In this document: piece after piece, positions 22,022 to 32,769 of the stretch
Layout of the letters: every line of letters starts with the position of its first letter
Position numbering within the stretch: position 1 is the stretch's first letter
Origin: Rhynchopus sp. YZ270_cl-10
Lineage: Eukaryota
Assembly: GCA_964035575.1 (NCBI GenBank)
Contig: OZ037846.1
Span: 1,426,001-1,490,000, forward strand
Direction: 5' to 3'
Length of the DNA: 64,000 bases
Position numbers and translations under genes: made by a program
The notes under the pieces: model-generated
What the model saw: only the letters and a program-made list of their open reading frames with translations
Told to the model about the DNA's origin: nothing
Database searches by the model: none

Positions 22022-25000
22022 ATGGACGACGCGCAGACGAATCAAACAACAGAGATGAAACACCCAGAGAACGAAGGCGACCTGCCCAGCTCGGTGCGAA
22101 TCTCTGTGCAGGCCATTGTGCAGGCCGTCAGCCCCACCGCTCGCGACAGGAAAGCGCAAACACTACAGGGTTTCACTGAATCGCTGGACGCTGCCCCCTG
22201 TGTGGTTGTAGCAAAGTCGACCTGCGGATTCTGCACGCGCGCGATCTCACAGCTCCAGAACACCGGTGTGCGTGTGGACGTCTTCTACATTGACAAGATT
22301 GCGGAAGGCGACAAGGTGCGTGAGGCTGCAAAGGAGGAGGCCTCAGGACACAGCACTGTCCCGCTCATCTTCATCAAAAGCGAGTTTGTGGGTGGTTGCA
22401 ACGATGTTATGGCGCTAGAGGGGTCTGGCGAACTGTACACGAAGCTTGGTGTGTCGGCACCGTCGAAGGTGGCTGCGTGGGTCACGGAGAAGGAGAGCGA
22501 GGTGCGCAAGAAGCCGATGAGGGCTGGGCTGTTCTACTTCCCGCACACAGTGAACGCCTACGTGATCCGCCTGGTCGCTCTGCAGATGGTGGTGCTGTGC
22601 GTGGTCTGCATCATCTTCAGGGACGAGGAGTGGGCTGCGTACGTTGCGCTCGGGATGGCATTGGACTTCTTCGTAAGACTCATCGGTGGTGCTGCCTTCT
22701 CCCCTGCTGGTGCGTTGGCGATGCTCCTGAGCGTCCCTTTGAAGGAGGACCTCAGAAACGGTCCCCCAAAGCAGTTTGCAACCATGATCGGGTTTGTCTT
22801 CAGCCTTGTGGGGGGAGTGCTTCTGCAGGTCGAGTCGTCCGGGATCGCTGGTGCTTTTGTTCTCGGGTGTCTGTCTGGGCCTGCTGCGCTGGAGGCTGTG
22901 TTTGACTTCTGCCTTGGGTGCTGGTTCTTTGGTTACATGGTGAAGCTGGGCATTGTTTCCGACAGTGTGTACCACGTGCACATTGACCAGAAGCCAGCTG
23001 TGCAGCGTACGTTGGACCTGATAGACGACTTTGAAACAGAGCTGAAGAAGGTCGTGCCACTGCAGTACAGAGAGCCGGGACAGCCGAAGACCGCTGCAGA
23101 TGTGAACCTGAAGAGATACAAGAGCGACGACCACGTGCGCAGAGGCTTCAATCCTGTGAAGAACGTGCACATCTCAGACATGATGATGCCCCTTGGTCTT
23201 GCGGGTCTTGCGCTTGTGTGGAAGAAAAACCACCGCTTTGCGTGCAAAGACCCTGAGGACAGCTCTGACGCATCGTACGTGGGGCCGAATGAGGTCTGGC
23301 ATGTTTTTCTGTTCTTGTCTCTTGCGCTGTTCGCGTTCATCGGGATGTTGCTCATTGCGAAGGTGGTGCGTCATCGGAAGAAGGTGCACGCAGAGCTGGT
23401 GCACCCGATTAAGTCGAACGCAGTTGCCGCCCTCCCGATGTGCATATGCGTGTACTCGATCCTGGTGCCGCATGAATCGAGGGACTTTGCTCGGGCGCTC
23501 TTCTGGATAGGTGCGGTGCCGCTGACGGTGCTGCTGATCTGGAAGTGTTCGTGGCTGATTGGGAACCGTGGTGACGCTGAGTTGATGACTCCGAGCCTGC
23601 TGCTTCCCATTGGCGGCTGTCTTGTGGCGTCCCTGAACGCGTCGCTCTGGGCTGGGTATGCTGAGCTGGCGTGGTTCCTGTTCTCGCTTCCGTGTCTGCT
23701 GTCTCTGCTGCTGTTTGGTGGCACGTTCCTGTCCTCGATTTCGTACCACTGGTCTGACGAGCGCATGCGTGCCTCGGTAGGGATGTGGAGCACCGTGCTG
23801 CACCTTATCTGCATCAGTTACGCGGCACTGCAGAAGCTCCCCATGTACGATCAGCTGACGAGCACCCGCAGTTTCTACTATTGGTATGGAGGCCCCCAGG
23901 GACTGCCAGACTCTGTGCAAAGTACAGTGGAGCTGAACTCCTTCAGCAAGGCGCTGTACTTCGCTGGCGTGACGCTTGTGCTTATTTTCCTGTGGCTTGC
24001 TGTGCCGATGGGCTTCATCTTCAGAGTGAAGTTCGACTTCTCATACTGGAGCGTTGCGTTCACAGCAGACATCTTTGCTGCGGCTGCCATGATCTATGCT
24101 GACGGTGCGTACAAGCCCCGCCTGCAGTCGGAGTCACTGAACCACTATGCCAGAGCAGTTGCCACAGGTGCGTTGATGTTTGCTACGTGGGTGAACGTGG
24201 TGCTCTTGCTGAACACGGTGTTCTGGCTCGTGAAGAAGAGATGGCTGCGCCCACAGTACAAATTTGGCCCCTTGTCGTTCAACAAACTGACCCACGAGGC
24301 GCTGCGTGAGTCTGGACACCACCTGCTGCGCTCTGCAGAAGGCATCGTTGCTGCAGGGTCAGGGGACGCTTTCACCGTGAAGGAGCTGTCGAAGGGGCTT
24401 ATCGCACACCTGAAGCTGCACCTGATAGTGCTGGACTGGCACAGCCACATGGAGGACACGATTCTGTTCAGGATGGTTGACTCGTTCCACCCGATGGTGT
24501 CGCGTGACGGATACGCCCAGCACGCCGCACTGCACAAGATGGAGGCCACTGCAAAGGAGCTCCTGACGAAGCTCGAAGACCCCTCTTCAGACCACGCACG
24601 CAACATCCTGGAGCTCCGTGACCTTCTGCAACGCATGGTGCCGTTCTCGGACAAGCACATGGACTGGGAGGAGGACAACCTGAACGGGCTTCTGCGGAAG
24701 GGCTTCAACATGGCGATCCAGCGGAAGCTTCTTGTCAACATCTGGGACTCGTACATGTCGAAGACGATGGAGGAGATCCGTGGGACGGTGACGCAGACGG
24801 ACACAGCGTGGTCTCAATACGACTTCACGAAGCTGAGTGCGGAGGCGAGCTACTACTCTGTGGAGAAGGACTTCAGGGAGCTGCTGAAGTTCCCACCGCA
24901 GTTCCCACTGGAGGAGATCCCGATGGAGAAGCAGCAGATCCTGCGTGTGGCGCTGCCCTTCATTGTGCACTGGCTGCCACTTCCGATCCAGAGAACACGC

Positions 25001-25156
25001 TTCATGCGCACACTTGCGTGGGGTGTCCCGGAGCATGCTCAGCAGGTGGGCGACATGGTGTACCGTGGGGTGCCCGACACGACGTGGGCTGTCCTGGCTG
25101 TCGACGTACCTGAGATGATCCCACGCGGCCTGCCTGGCTGGGTCAGGCGTGTGTAG
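22022..25156 (+). CDS. Glutaredoxin - DUF4395 - SLAC1/TehA (TDT) anion channel - hemerythrin fusion protein (1044 aa)
   Basis: Grx: KSTCGFC, TVPLIFI, VGGCND. DUF4395-like: VNAYVIRLVA, DFFVR, PPKQFATMIG, ALEAVFDFCLGC. SLAC1/TehA: PLGLAGLALVW, ELVHPIKSN, TPSLLLP, FDFSYWSVAFT. Hemerythrin: THEALR, HSHMEDTILF, QHAALH, HMDWEE. Confidence 0.85.
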   Translation: MDDAQTNQTTEMKHPENEGDLPSSVRISVQAIVQAVSPTARDRKAQTLQGFTESLDAAPCVVVAKSTCGFCTRAISQLQNTGVRVDVFYIDKIAEGDKVREAAKEEASGHSTVPLIFIKSEFVGGCNDVMALEGSGELYTKLGVSAPSKVAAWVTEKESEVRKKPMRAGLFYFPHTVNAYVIRLVALQMVVLCVVCIIFRDEEWAAYVALGMALDFFVRLIGGAAFSPAGALAMLLSVPLKEDLRNGPPKQFATMIGFVFSLVGGVLLQVESSGIAGAFVLGCLSGPAALEAVFDFCLGCWFFGYMVKLGIVSDSVYHVHIDQKPAVQRTLDLIDDFETELKKVVPLQYREPGQPKTAADVNLKRYKSDDHVRRGFNPVKNVHISDMMMPLGLAGLALVWKKNHRFACKDPEDSSDASYVGPNEVWHVFLFLSLALFAFIGMLLIAKVVRHRKKVHAELVHPIKSNAVAALPMCICVYSILVPHESRDFARALFWIGAVPLTVLLIWKCSWLIGNRGDAELMTPSLLLPIGGCLVASLNASLWAGYAELAWFLFSLPCLLSLLLFGGTFLSSISYHWSDERMRASVGMWSTVLHLICISYAALQKLPMYDQLTSTRSFYYWYGGPQGLPDSVQSTVELNSFSKALYFAGVTLVLIFLWLAVPMGFIFRVKFDFSYWSVAFTADIFAAAAMIYADGAYKPRLQSESLNHYARAVATGALMFATWVNVVLLLNTVFWLVKKRWLRPQYKFGPLSFNKLTHEALRESGHHLLRSAEGIVAAGSGDAFTVKELSKGLIAHLKLHLIVLDWHSHMEDTILFRMVDSFHPMVSRDGYAQHAALHKMEATAKELLTKLEDPSSDHARNILELRDLLQRMVPFSDKHMDWEEDNLNGLLRKGFNMAIQRKLLVNIWDSYMSKTMEEIRGTVTQTDTAWSQYDFTKLSAEASYYSVEKDFRELLKFPPQFPLEEIPMEKQQILRVALPFIVHWLPLPIQRTRFMRTLAWGVPEHAQQVGDMVYRGVPDTTWAVLAVDVPEMIPRGLPGWVRRV

Positions 25157-26051
25157 GCTTGGTGCATCACATCATGTGCTGTGTCGGTCGGTGCCGTGTT
25201 ATTCTGTGAAGCATCAGACCATTTTGATAATCTCAACCTACTCCCTAATTATGTGTACAGAAAAGCAAAGAACCACTCGATTGGAGAGTGCGCGCATAAA
25301 AAGGCGAACCGTTTTAAGTAGATAACTTCCGTTATCTACGTCTTCACCGCCACCTGAGCCAGAGATGCCTCAGAACGCATATCAGCCGCAAGGTGAGAGG
25401 CGAGTGTTTGATTTTTGTTTTGAATTTTTTTTTAAATCTGTCCACCTGCTCCACACCTGCCAAGGATGTGGCATTGTTTGCAAGTCGGGGTGTGGTGCAG
25501 CATCAACGAACAATTTTTATTCATTGCTCTCAATATTCTCCATGTACGGGATTTTCCTTGGGAATTGATCTTCCATTTTTTCCGCAAAAATAAAAGGGGG
25601 TTTTATTGAGTGACTCTGAGTGATATAAAAAGCGGCATTTTTTTCTACACTGTAGTCAGACTTCGTAGCCCTCCTGAGTTCGCTGGAGTTGAGACGGACT
25701 ATGGCGGACTTTGAAATTCCGCCACGGTCCTCTCTCGAAGCTTTTTTTGGAGCATTTTAAAAAGAAAATGAAATTTTGAAAATTCTGCTTTTCGCGGCGG
25801 ATCTTGAGAGCCCTGTTTTTTATTTGTCTTTTTTTATTTACACGAAGCTCCCCTCCCTCCCAGAGGTACCACCTGGCTAGCAGCAAACAAAATGTCTCAA
25901 CGATACAAAGTGGCTTTGCTTTTTTTGACCGTCGCAAAATTCATGTGTTGCATTGGTACTGGAGACATGACAGATCAATGTTTTAATTGTTTAATTTCTC
26001 CTCCTCACGTCAATGCGCATGTTGTGTTCATACGGCATTCAATAAATACAT

Positions 26052-26174
26052 TGGTACTATACGGGGGGCGGGGTTTCACAACTTTTTCACACCCACATAG
26101 TTGTGAAATAAAGGATTGAAATACCTATTTACAGAAGTGGCAAAGTTGTGAAACCCCGCCCCCAGTACAGCACC
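26052..26174. mobile_element. Short MITE-like inverted-repeat element
   Basis: GGGGGCGGGGTTTCACAACTTT ... AAAGTTGTGAAACCCCGCCCCC inverted termini. Confidence 0.65.
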
Positions 26175-26689
26175 AAGTTATTTATTTTTTTTCTGAGCCA
26201 CAGTTCTGATTCTTGTTGTAGCCAGCATACCCTCATCAACTCAAAAATGTCCCCCCACCCATTCATACCCCCCTTGTCCTTACGTGGAGATGGTTGCATG
26301 TCAAAAAAAGAAGTAATTTTTCAAAAAAAAAAAAAAAAATCGTCCCAAGCCAAAGAAGAGAAAGCAGGACAGAACAGATGACATATTTTGTTTATTCGAT
26401 GATATGAAAGAAAAGAACGTGGTGATTGCACAACTGTGGCAACACAACCGAGGCAACTGCACAACTACTCCAACAATTTGTCAACCCCCTTCAGGGTGTC
26501 AAGATTTAAAAAAAGAAGAAAAAGAAAAAGAAGCAGCCTTCCTCCTCACACTAATACAAACTTCAAAAAAAGAGTCATTTTTTTCTCTTCTCGTTTGCTG
26601 CTTCGCTTGTCATTTCCCCCCCATTTCATTGTTCTAAAGGTGCACCTAGAGTCTTTAGCAGTGCATGAAACCTTTGCAAATACTTTCAG

Positions 26690-26831
26690 GAGCCTGTGAG
26701 GCAAGGAACACATACAGCAGGTGAAGCAGTGCAGTGTGACTGATGAGGTGCCTGAGCTCTGGATCCAACTACGAGCTTTTTAACAGCAGCAGCATTAATA
26801 TACGCTATTGGTGCTGGAATTACCGCGGGTG
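26690..26831 (-). pseudogene. Orphan 18S (SSU) rRNA gene fragment
   Basis: Reverse complement reads CACCCGCGGTAATTCCAGCACCAATAGCGTATATTAATGCTGCTGCTGTTAAAAAGCTCGTAGTTGGAT, the conserved segment before V4. The left boundary in V4 is approximate, and no other rDNA is nearby. Confidence 0.85.
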
Positions 26832-26942
26832 GAGGGAAGGGGAGGAATAGTACAATGCGATCTAGCCTGGATACACTAACCAAATTAGTAACAACACACA
26901 ATCAAAAAAAACAGAGGAAAAAAAAGAAAAAGGGATTACATA

Positions 26943-28654
26943 ATGGCGGGTTTGACCGACACACAGCTGCGTGAGGTGTTCGACCTTTTTGATGCCAACG
27001 GTGACGGCACCATTGACAACGAGGAGATGGGTCTGGTCCTCGAGGCCTTGGGCTTCGGTAAGGTGGACGACGACGACCTCAGGGCAATGGTATGGCAACA
27101 ATTGACACAAAAAAGGGCAATAGTGATTAGTCAGTTGAAGGAAGTCAAGAGATTGTGGTAGACGCACATTGTTTTGACGTACTGCTTTGTGAGCGGGAAG
27201 TATCGCTCCGCAACACCACCTAACAGGTGAGTGTGTGTGTGGAAGCGTCAACGCATCAAACAACTACAAGAAAGGGGGGTGAGGGAACGATAACGCAACA
27301 CATTGCGTTGCCACACCTTTCTCACACCACCATACCACAGATCTCCGAAGTTGATGTTGACTTCTCCGGGAAGATGGAGTTCGACGAGTTCAGGCACATG
27401 GTGAAGAAGCGCCATGCTGAGAAGGACTCGCGTGAGGAGATTGCTCTTGCCTTTGGCGTCTTCGCAGGCAAGACCGAGGAGGGCGGGCTGAAGGAGTACA
27501 TCTCTGCCAAGGACCTCGCGACCGTGGCACTCAGCATCAACGAACACGTCGACATGAACAAGTTCCAGGACCTCCTCAACAGTGCACCAGGGATGCCCAT
27601 CGGCACCGACGACGAAGGCAACAGCAAAGGACTCACCATCGTGCAGTGGAGGGAGATGATGGCCGAGGTATGCAAAAGAAGTAAGTATTGCATTTTCGCT
27701 ACCGTCAAAGCGGAGCGATTTTCGCCTGACATTGCCTTGTCCATATCGTGATCATTTCTGACACATGACGGGGGGACAGCTTATTTTGTAATCCTGGGGA
27801 GGGAGCTGGCTAGCTGCCACCGCGCTGTGTTCTTGTCCCCTTTAAGCACTGCTGAATGAAACGTGCTGTGTAGTTGGGGGGGAAAAAAGTTTAATTTTGT
27901 TTTTGTGCGGGCTGGGCGATCTTGCGGGCTGTGTAGTTGCCTTTTCCTTTTCTGTGGCTTCGCTTCACTCGCCTTAGTGTGCGCCGCGGTCGTGAGGTGT
28001 TTGTTCTGCGCCCGTCTGAGTGCATCTGAGGAGTAGCTTCAATGTCTACCCAAGCATTTCTTCTCGTCCTGACCGAACTTCTCCATCCACCCCGTTCTTC
28101 ACGGCATCTGCGCAGGTCTGCTGTTGTGGTGGTGGGGGTTCGACCGCAGTAGCTCTCCTCCATCAGCCGTCTTGACGACAAGCTTACCCGCAAAGGAGAG
28201 TGTCACTTGCTTTCGTTCATTTGACGCTAGGACAAAAAAAGTGCAAAAGTGTCCGTGCTTTTGACACCCCACGGGAAGAAGGAACAGGATCACGTCCCCA
28301 TCATCACTGGTCCCCGCTGCATTTTGACACGAATCCCTGAGGCTGTGGTGGAGGAGGGGCTGCCAAGGGAATACAAAGGGGGAAATCTCGAAAAAGTCAC
28401 CCCGCGGTGACTTGTGGTTTTTTTCTCTCTCTCAAAACCTGTTTTATTTGAAAGATCGCAACGATTTGAGTCGAAATACAAATTTCTTTTGAATTAATAA
28501 CAAACAGTTCGGCTTTTCCCCATTTTACGTGGGGAAAATTTCCCAAACATTAAATCCGGGCCACAATCCCTGAGTTACAAATACCCTTGCCCCCCACTCA
28601 AACACTCACACACAGGTGTCGACACGTAAGTACGCCGACGCTTTCAAGATCTAA
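26943..28654 (+). CDS. Centrin/calmodulin-like EF-hand protein, 3 exons (26943-27089, 27341-27667, 28616-28654; 170 aa)
   Basis: EF loops DANGDGTIDNEE and DVDFSGKMEFDE, plus EEIALAFGVF and YISAKDL. Both introns are GT(ATG)...CAG and phase 0; the spliced frame ends VSTRKYADAFKI-stop. Confidence 0.85.
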
Positions 28655-29884
28655 AAAAAAAAAGAAGTAAAATAAGTCAAAGAAAAACAGACTCCTCGTT
28701 CTTCTCCCCTTCCCCTTCCTCCTCCCTTTCCCGCTTTGTGCTCTCTTCATGGGTCATAGAGGGAAATGCCGCAATGAACCAATAAAAATACTTTTCTCTT
28801 CCCCTTTCAACAAGGGGGTTTCATGTGTTTATTTGTAGGTTTGAGGGGGGAGGGTTGTAAGGTAGGAATGAGAAGGAGAACAAACGTTGCGTTGAGGGGT
28901 GTTTAGAGTTGCCACACCCCCCGCTTTTTTTTTTTTTTGCACTCAGTGTATTGAAGGGGGGGTACAAAAAAAAAAAAAAACAAAAAAACCGAAAAAACAA
29001 AATAAGGCTTGATTGGCTTAATGTAAATCCCCCTTTTCCCCCAACCCCTCCCCAACCCAGGATATTTTTTTTTTTTTGGCAAAAAGATGCGAAGGTAGAG
29101 AGAGACGCGCATCCTTTTGTTTTCAAAATTTGTTTTCTTTTTTTTTTTCCCCCCTCCTCCAAAATAAAATGGAGAGGGGGATATATCTGTGTGTTTTTTT
29201 TTGTTTTGCTCAGCGCGGGGGATAGTGTTAGTGTAGGAGAAGGAAAAAACGGGGGTGTGGCTGATTCACACCACAGTGATGTTTTCTTTTTGTTCACAAA
29301 AAAGGGGGGGGGGGCGGGACAAAAAAAAGGTGAAGGCTATAACCCTCCCACTTCGTATGTGGGATTATACGAAACTTAACGTGCGATGTCCTTCTCCTTC
29401 ACCTCTCATTAGGTCTATGCAAACCGTGGCAGTACTTTTTTTTGTTTTCCAAACACCTGTCGGGGGATGTGGATGGCATTGTGGGGGGTGGGACATTTTT
29501 TTTCTTTTTTTTTTTTTGGTTTTTTTTTTAGGGAAAACGTTCAAAAACAAAAAGAAAAACAACGAAAAAAAGTGGAGAGTTTTTTTGCTATGGCAAAAAA
29601 AGGGGGGGAGGGAAACAGTTTTTTGTAAGATTTTCCAACAAAAAAAAGGGGGTGGTTGTTTTTGTTTTGTTTTTTTGTTTTTCAGCTTTGCTTTGCTTTC
29701 TTTTTTTTTTTTTTTTTGTAGAAGATTCCGTCCCGTTTCCCCAGTGCGACAGCTTTCTCTACGGCGAGGTGGTGCTCTGTTATGGCCCCTACGGCACTAC
29801 CATTTTTTTTTTTTTTTTGAAACGAGAAATCAAAGATTATGGGTCAGGTGCGCAGATAGCTTGGTGCTGCACATCACTTTTCCT

Positions 29885-30052
29885 CAACCTTCCTTCACCC
29901 CTGCAGTCTTTGGATAATTTTTCGACCACTTAAATTGGAAAATATGAGCCCGCCTATTTGCAGCCAAAATTTTTCTCAAAATCCGGATTCGTACAATTGA
30001 CCCACCTACATCCATTTCAATACAATGCCTTATTAGGGGTGAAGGAAGGTTG
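29885..30052. mobile_element. TIR element CAACCTTCCTTCACCCC...GGGGTGAAGGAAGGTTG
   Basis: 17-bp inverted termini. Same family as the inverted copy at 61972-62326 and as the ends upstream of LRR paralogs 1 and 2. Confidence 0.75.
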
Positions 30053-30163
30053 TGGGAAAAGGATTGTAAATCCAAACACCACCCAGTTAGTCAAGAGATG
30101 GATGGACAATCAATGGCTGTGTTTTTGCACCACTCCCACAAACAGAAAACACACAAAACACGA

Positions 30164-31582
30164 ATGGAACTCAACATCGAGGGATTTGGTGGTAAGACGT
30201 ACGTCGTCGATGTGGATGTGGATGACACAGCGAAGCAGCTGCGGCAGAAGGTGGCAACTACAGCGGGGTTTGCTGAAGACGCCTTTGGCATGGACTTCGG
30301 AGGGAACGACGAAGGAGAGGACTTCAACATCACAGCGCTGAGTGCTGGCGGCACAGTCGTATTGACGCAGACGAAGCAGCAAGAGTCCATTGCAGCTCTT
30401 CGTGCATTGGGTGAGACAGACATCACACCAGAGAGGCTTGCGAGTGTGGAAGACCCGAAGGTAGCGCAGTTGTTTCTGCAGGCAGAAGTTGTATCTGCGA
30501 TTCCTCGCAAGTTCCTCGCAAGCACTAATTTACGCAGCCTTGATCTGAGTGCCCCGTTGGCTGTTACTGCGATTGATGACTACTTCTTATTCCAGTGTAC
30601 ATCATTGGAATCAATTAACTTGTCTGGGTTGCGCAACGTCACGACAATAGGTGCATACTTCCTGCAAGGCTGCCCGTCATTGCGCACTTTTGAGCCATTC
30701 AACGTTGCAGGATTGAGCAGTGTCACAAGGGTTGGGGACAGCTTCTTATCATATTGCACGGCGTTAACTTCCATCGACTTTGCAGGATTGAGCAGTGTCA
30801 GAAGCCTTGGGGACGGCTTCTTATCATGTTGCATGGCATTAACCTCCATCAACTTTGCAGGGTTGGGAGTCACAAGCCTTGGGGACTACTTCTTATCAGG
30901 TTGCATGGCATTAACTTCCATCAACTTTGCAGGATTGGGAGGTGTCACAAGCCTTGGGGACGGCTTCTTATCAGGTTGCACGGCATTAACCTCCATCGAC
31001 TTTGCACGATTGGGAGGTGTCACAAGTCTTGGGGACGACTTCTTAGCAAGTTGCACGGCGTTAACCTCCATCAAATTTACAGGATTGAGCAGTGTTACAA
31101 GCCTTGGGAACTGCTTCTTAGCACATTGCGAAGCGTTAACTTCCATCGACTTTGCAGGATTGGACAGTGTCACAAGCCTTGGGCACAGCTTCTTATTTGA
31201 ATGCACGGCGTTAACCTCCATCGACTTTGCAGGATTGGGAGGTGTCACAAGTCTTGGGGACGACTTCTTAGCAAGTTGCACGGCGTTAACCTCCATCAAC
31301 TTTACAGGATTGAGCAGTGTTACAAGCCTTGGGAACTGCTTCTTAGCACATTGCGAAGCGTTAACTTCCATCGACTTTGCAGGATTGGACAGTGTCACAA
31401 GCCTTAGACACTACTTCTTATATGACTGCACGGCGTTAACCTCCATCGACTTTGCAGGGTTGAGTGGCGTGAGACAAATTAGAGACGGCTTTATTCAAGG
31501 TTGCACTTCTTTAGAAAGACACGACGAGTACATGGAGTGGTATTCGTCAAGAAGGAATCAGGATGGATGGGCTGCACAGTAG
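30164..31582 (+). CDS. Ubl + BspA-type LRR protein, paralog 3 (472 aa, 10 repeats)
   Basis: Same constant ends as paralogs 1 and 2. One repeat is 24 aa, repeats 4-6 are duplicated as 7-9, and the stop is displaced by 4 codons. Confidence 0.88.
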   Translation: MELNIEGFGGKTYVVDVDVDDTAKQLRQKVATTAGFAEDAFGMDFGGNDEGEDFNITALSAGGTVVLTQTKQQESIAALRALGETDITPERLASVEDPKVAQLFLQAEVVSAIPRKFLASTNLRSLDLSAPLAVTAIDDYFLFQCTSLESINLSGLRNVTTIGAYFLQGCPSLRTFEPFNVAGLSSVTRVGDSFLSYCTALTSIDFAGLSSVRSLGDGFLSCCMALTSINFAGLGVTSLGDYFLSGCMALTSINFAGLGGVTSLGDGFLSGCTALTSIDFARLGGVTSLGDDFLASCTALTSIKFTGLSSVTSLGNCFLAHCEALTSIDFAGLDSVTSLGHSFLFECTALTSIDFAGLGGVTSLGDDFLASCTALTSINFTGLSSVTSLGNCFLAHCEALTSIDFAGLDSVTSLRHYFLYDCTALTSIDFAGLSGVRQIRDGFIQGCTSLERHDEYMEWYSSRRNQDGWAAQ

Positions 31583-32769
31583 AGTACAACACTGCCATGA
31601 TTTGTGGTGGTGTTTTGCACAAAGTGTTCTATGAAGAGTCGCTTCGGCAGAACCGTGTCGTGAAGGGATTTTCATTGATGATCATTGTCTTGCTCAACAG
31701 CATGAATGTTGTGCACCGACTTCACTTCTTTTGCCACAGACATCCTGAGTATGAGGTCTCATTTGGGGTGCTCTGTAGTGTGTGTGTAACGTAACAGAGG
31801 GTTTGGGATTGTATTGATAAAGCATTTTTTGTGTGCAGCATTTGTGAAAACAAAGCACCACTTTTTCTACATACCTTACAAAAGCGGCTGTGGTCTTTTT
31901 AGCAGGGTTGCGGACCCAAAACGAGGTTTTGGTTTTTCTTTATTTTTCTGACTTTTTATTTGAGATGAGATTCTCGTCTTTCTTATTCTTCCCCCCCTGG
32001 GCACACCCCGAAGGCGAATACGTATGCGCCCATATATTCGGATCTCAAAATTCCTGAACCATATTCGCCCTTTATTCGGATCAGAATATAGGGCCAATAT
32101 AGAAGACAAAGGGAGAATACGGTACTCGACCTATATTCAGATCCGAATATGGCATGTTCCGGTTGTATTCGGATCCGAATTCAGGTGAATGAGTGAGCAT
32201 AATTAGACTCAAACTAACTCAACTCTTCTTATACTCTAATACTGTGTAGTAGACTGTTGTGTTTGCTCAGATTTGGGTCAAAGGTTGCGGTGTGGTGTTC
32301 TTACCCAAAAAGAGTGACGTCGTGACACATCTCTGCAGCAGGCTGTATTTCATTCTCACCTATTTTTTTCCAGAGACTCAAAATACAACTTTTCATTGTT
32401 ACAGGAACTCTTCTTGAATTCGCCTATGGTAGGCGCATGTTTTTTGATTCGAAGACTCAAGGGTTGATGGTACAGTTTTGTTCACTTCTTTTTGTGCCTT
32501 TTTGTTCTAACTGCGTTCCCCAACCCCCACCAAAGAATAGGTTCATATGGCGTGGCTGAAAGGAGGGTACTATTTTTTGTGCTATTTTCTGACGCCTTCC
32601 TTTTCTCTGCAGCCACTCCCATCCACATCACGCCCCCCTCACAGCACCCCCTCCCTTCCCTCCCCCCCGTACACTGCGATCTTACGATCACCCACCAGTG
32701 CACACAACACACATCCACACACCCCTGCTCCACACATAGCAAAGGTTTGTGAGGATCAAAAGCCCAACG

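Noticed and set aside
28700..29880. 150-220 aa F/K/G-rich ORFs
   Set aside because: Artefacts of homopolymer-rich intergenic DNA.
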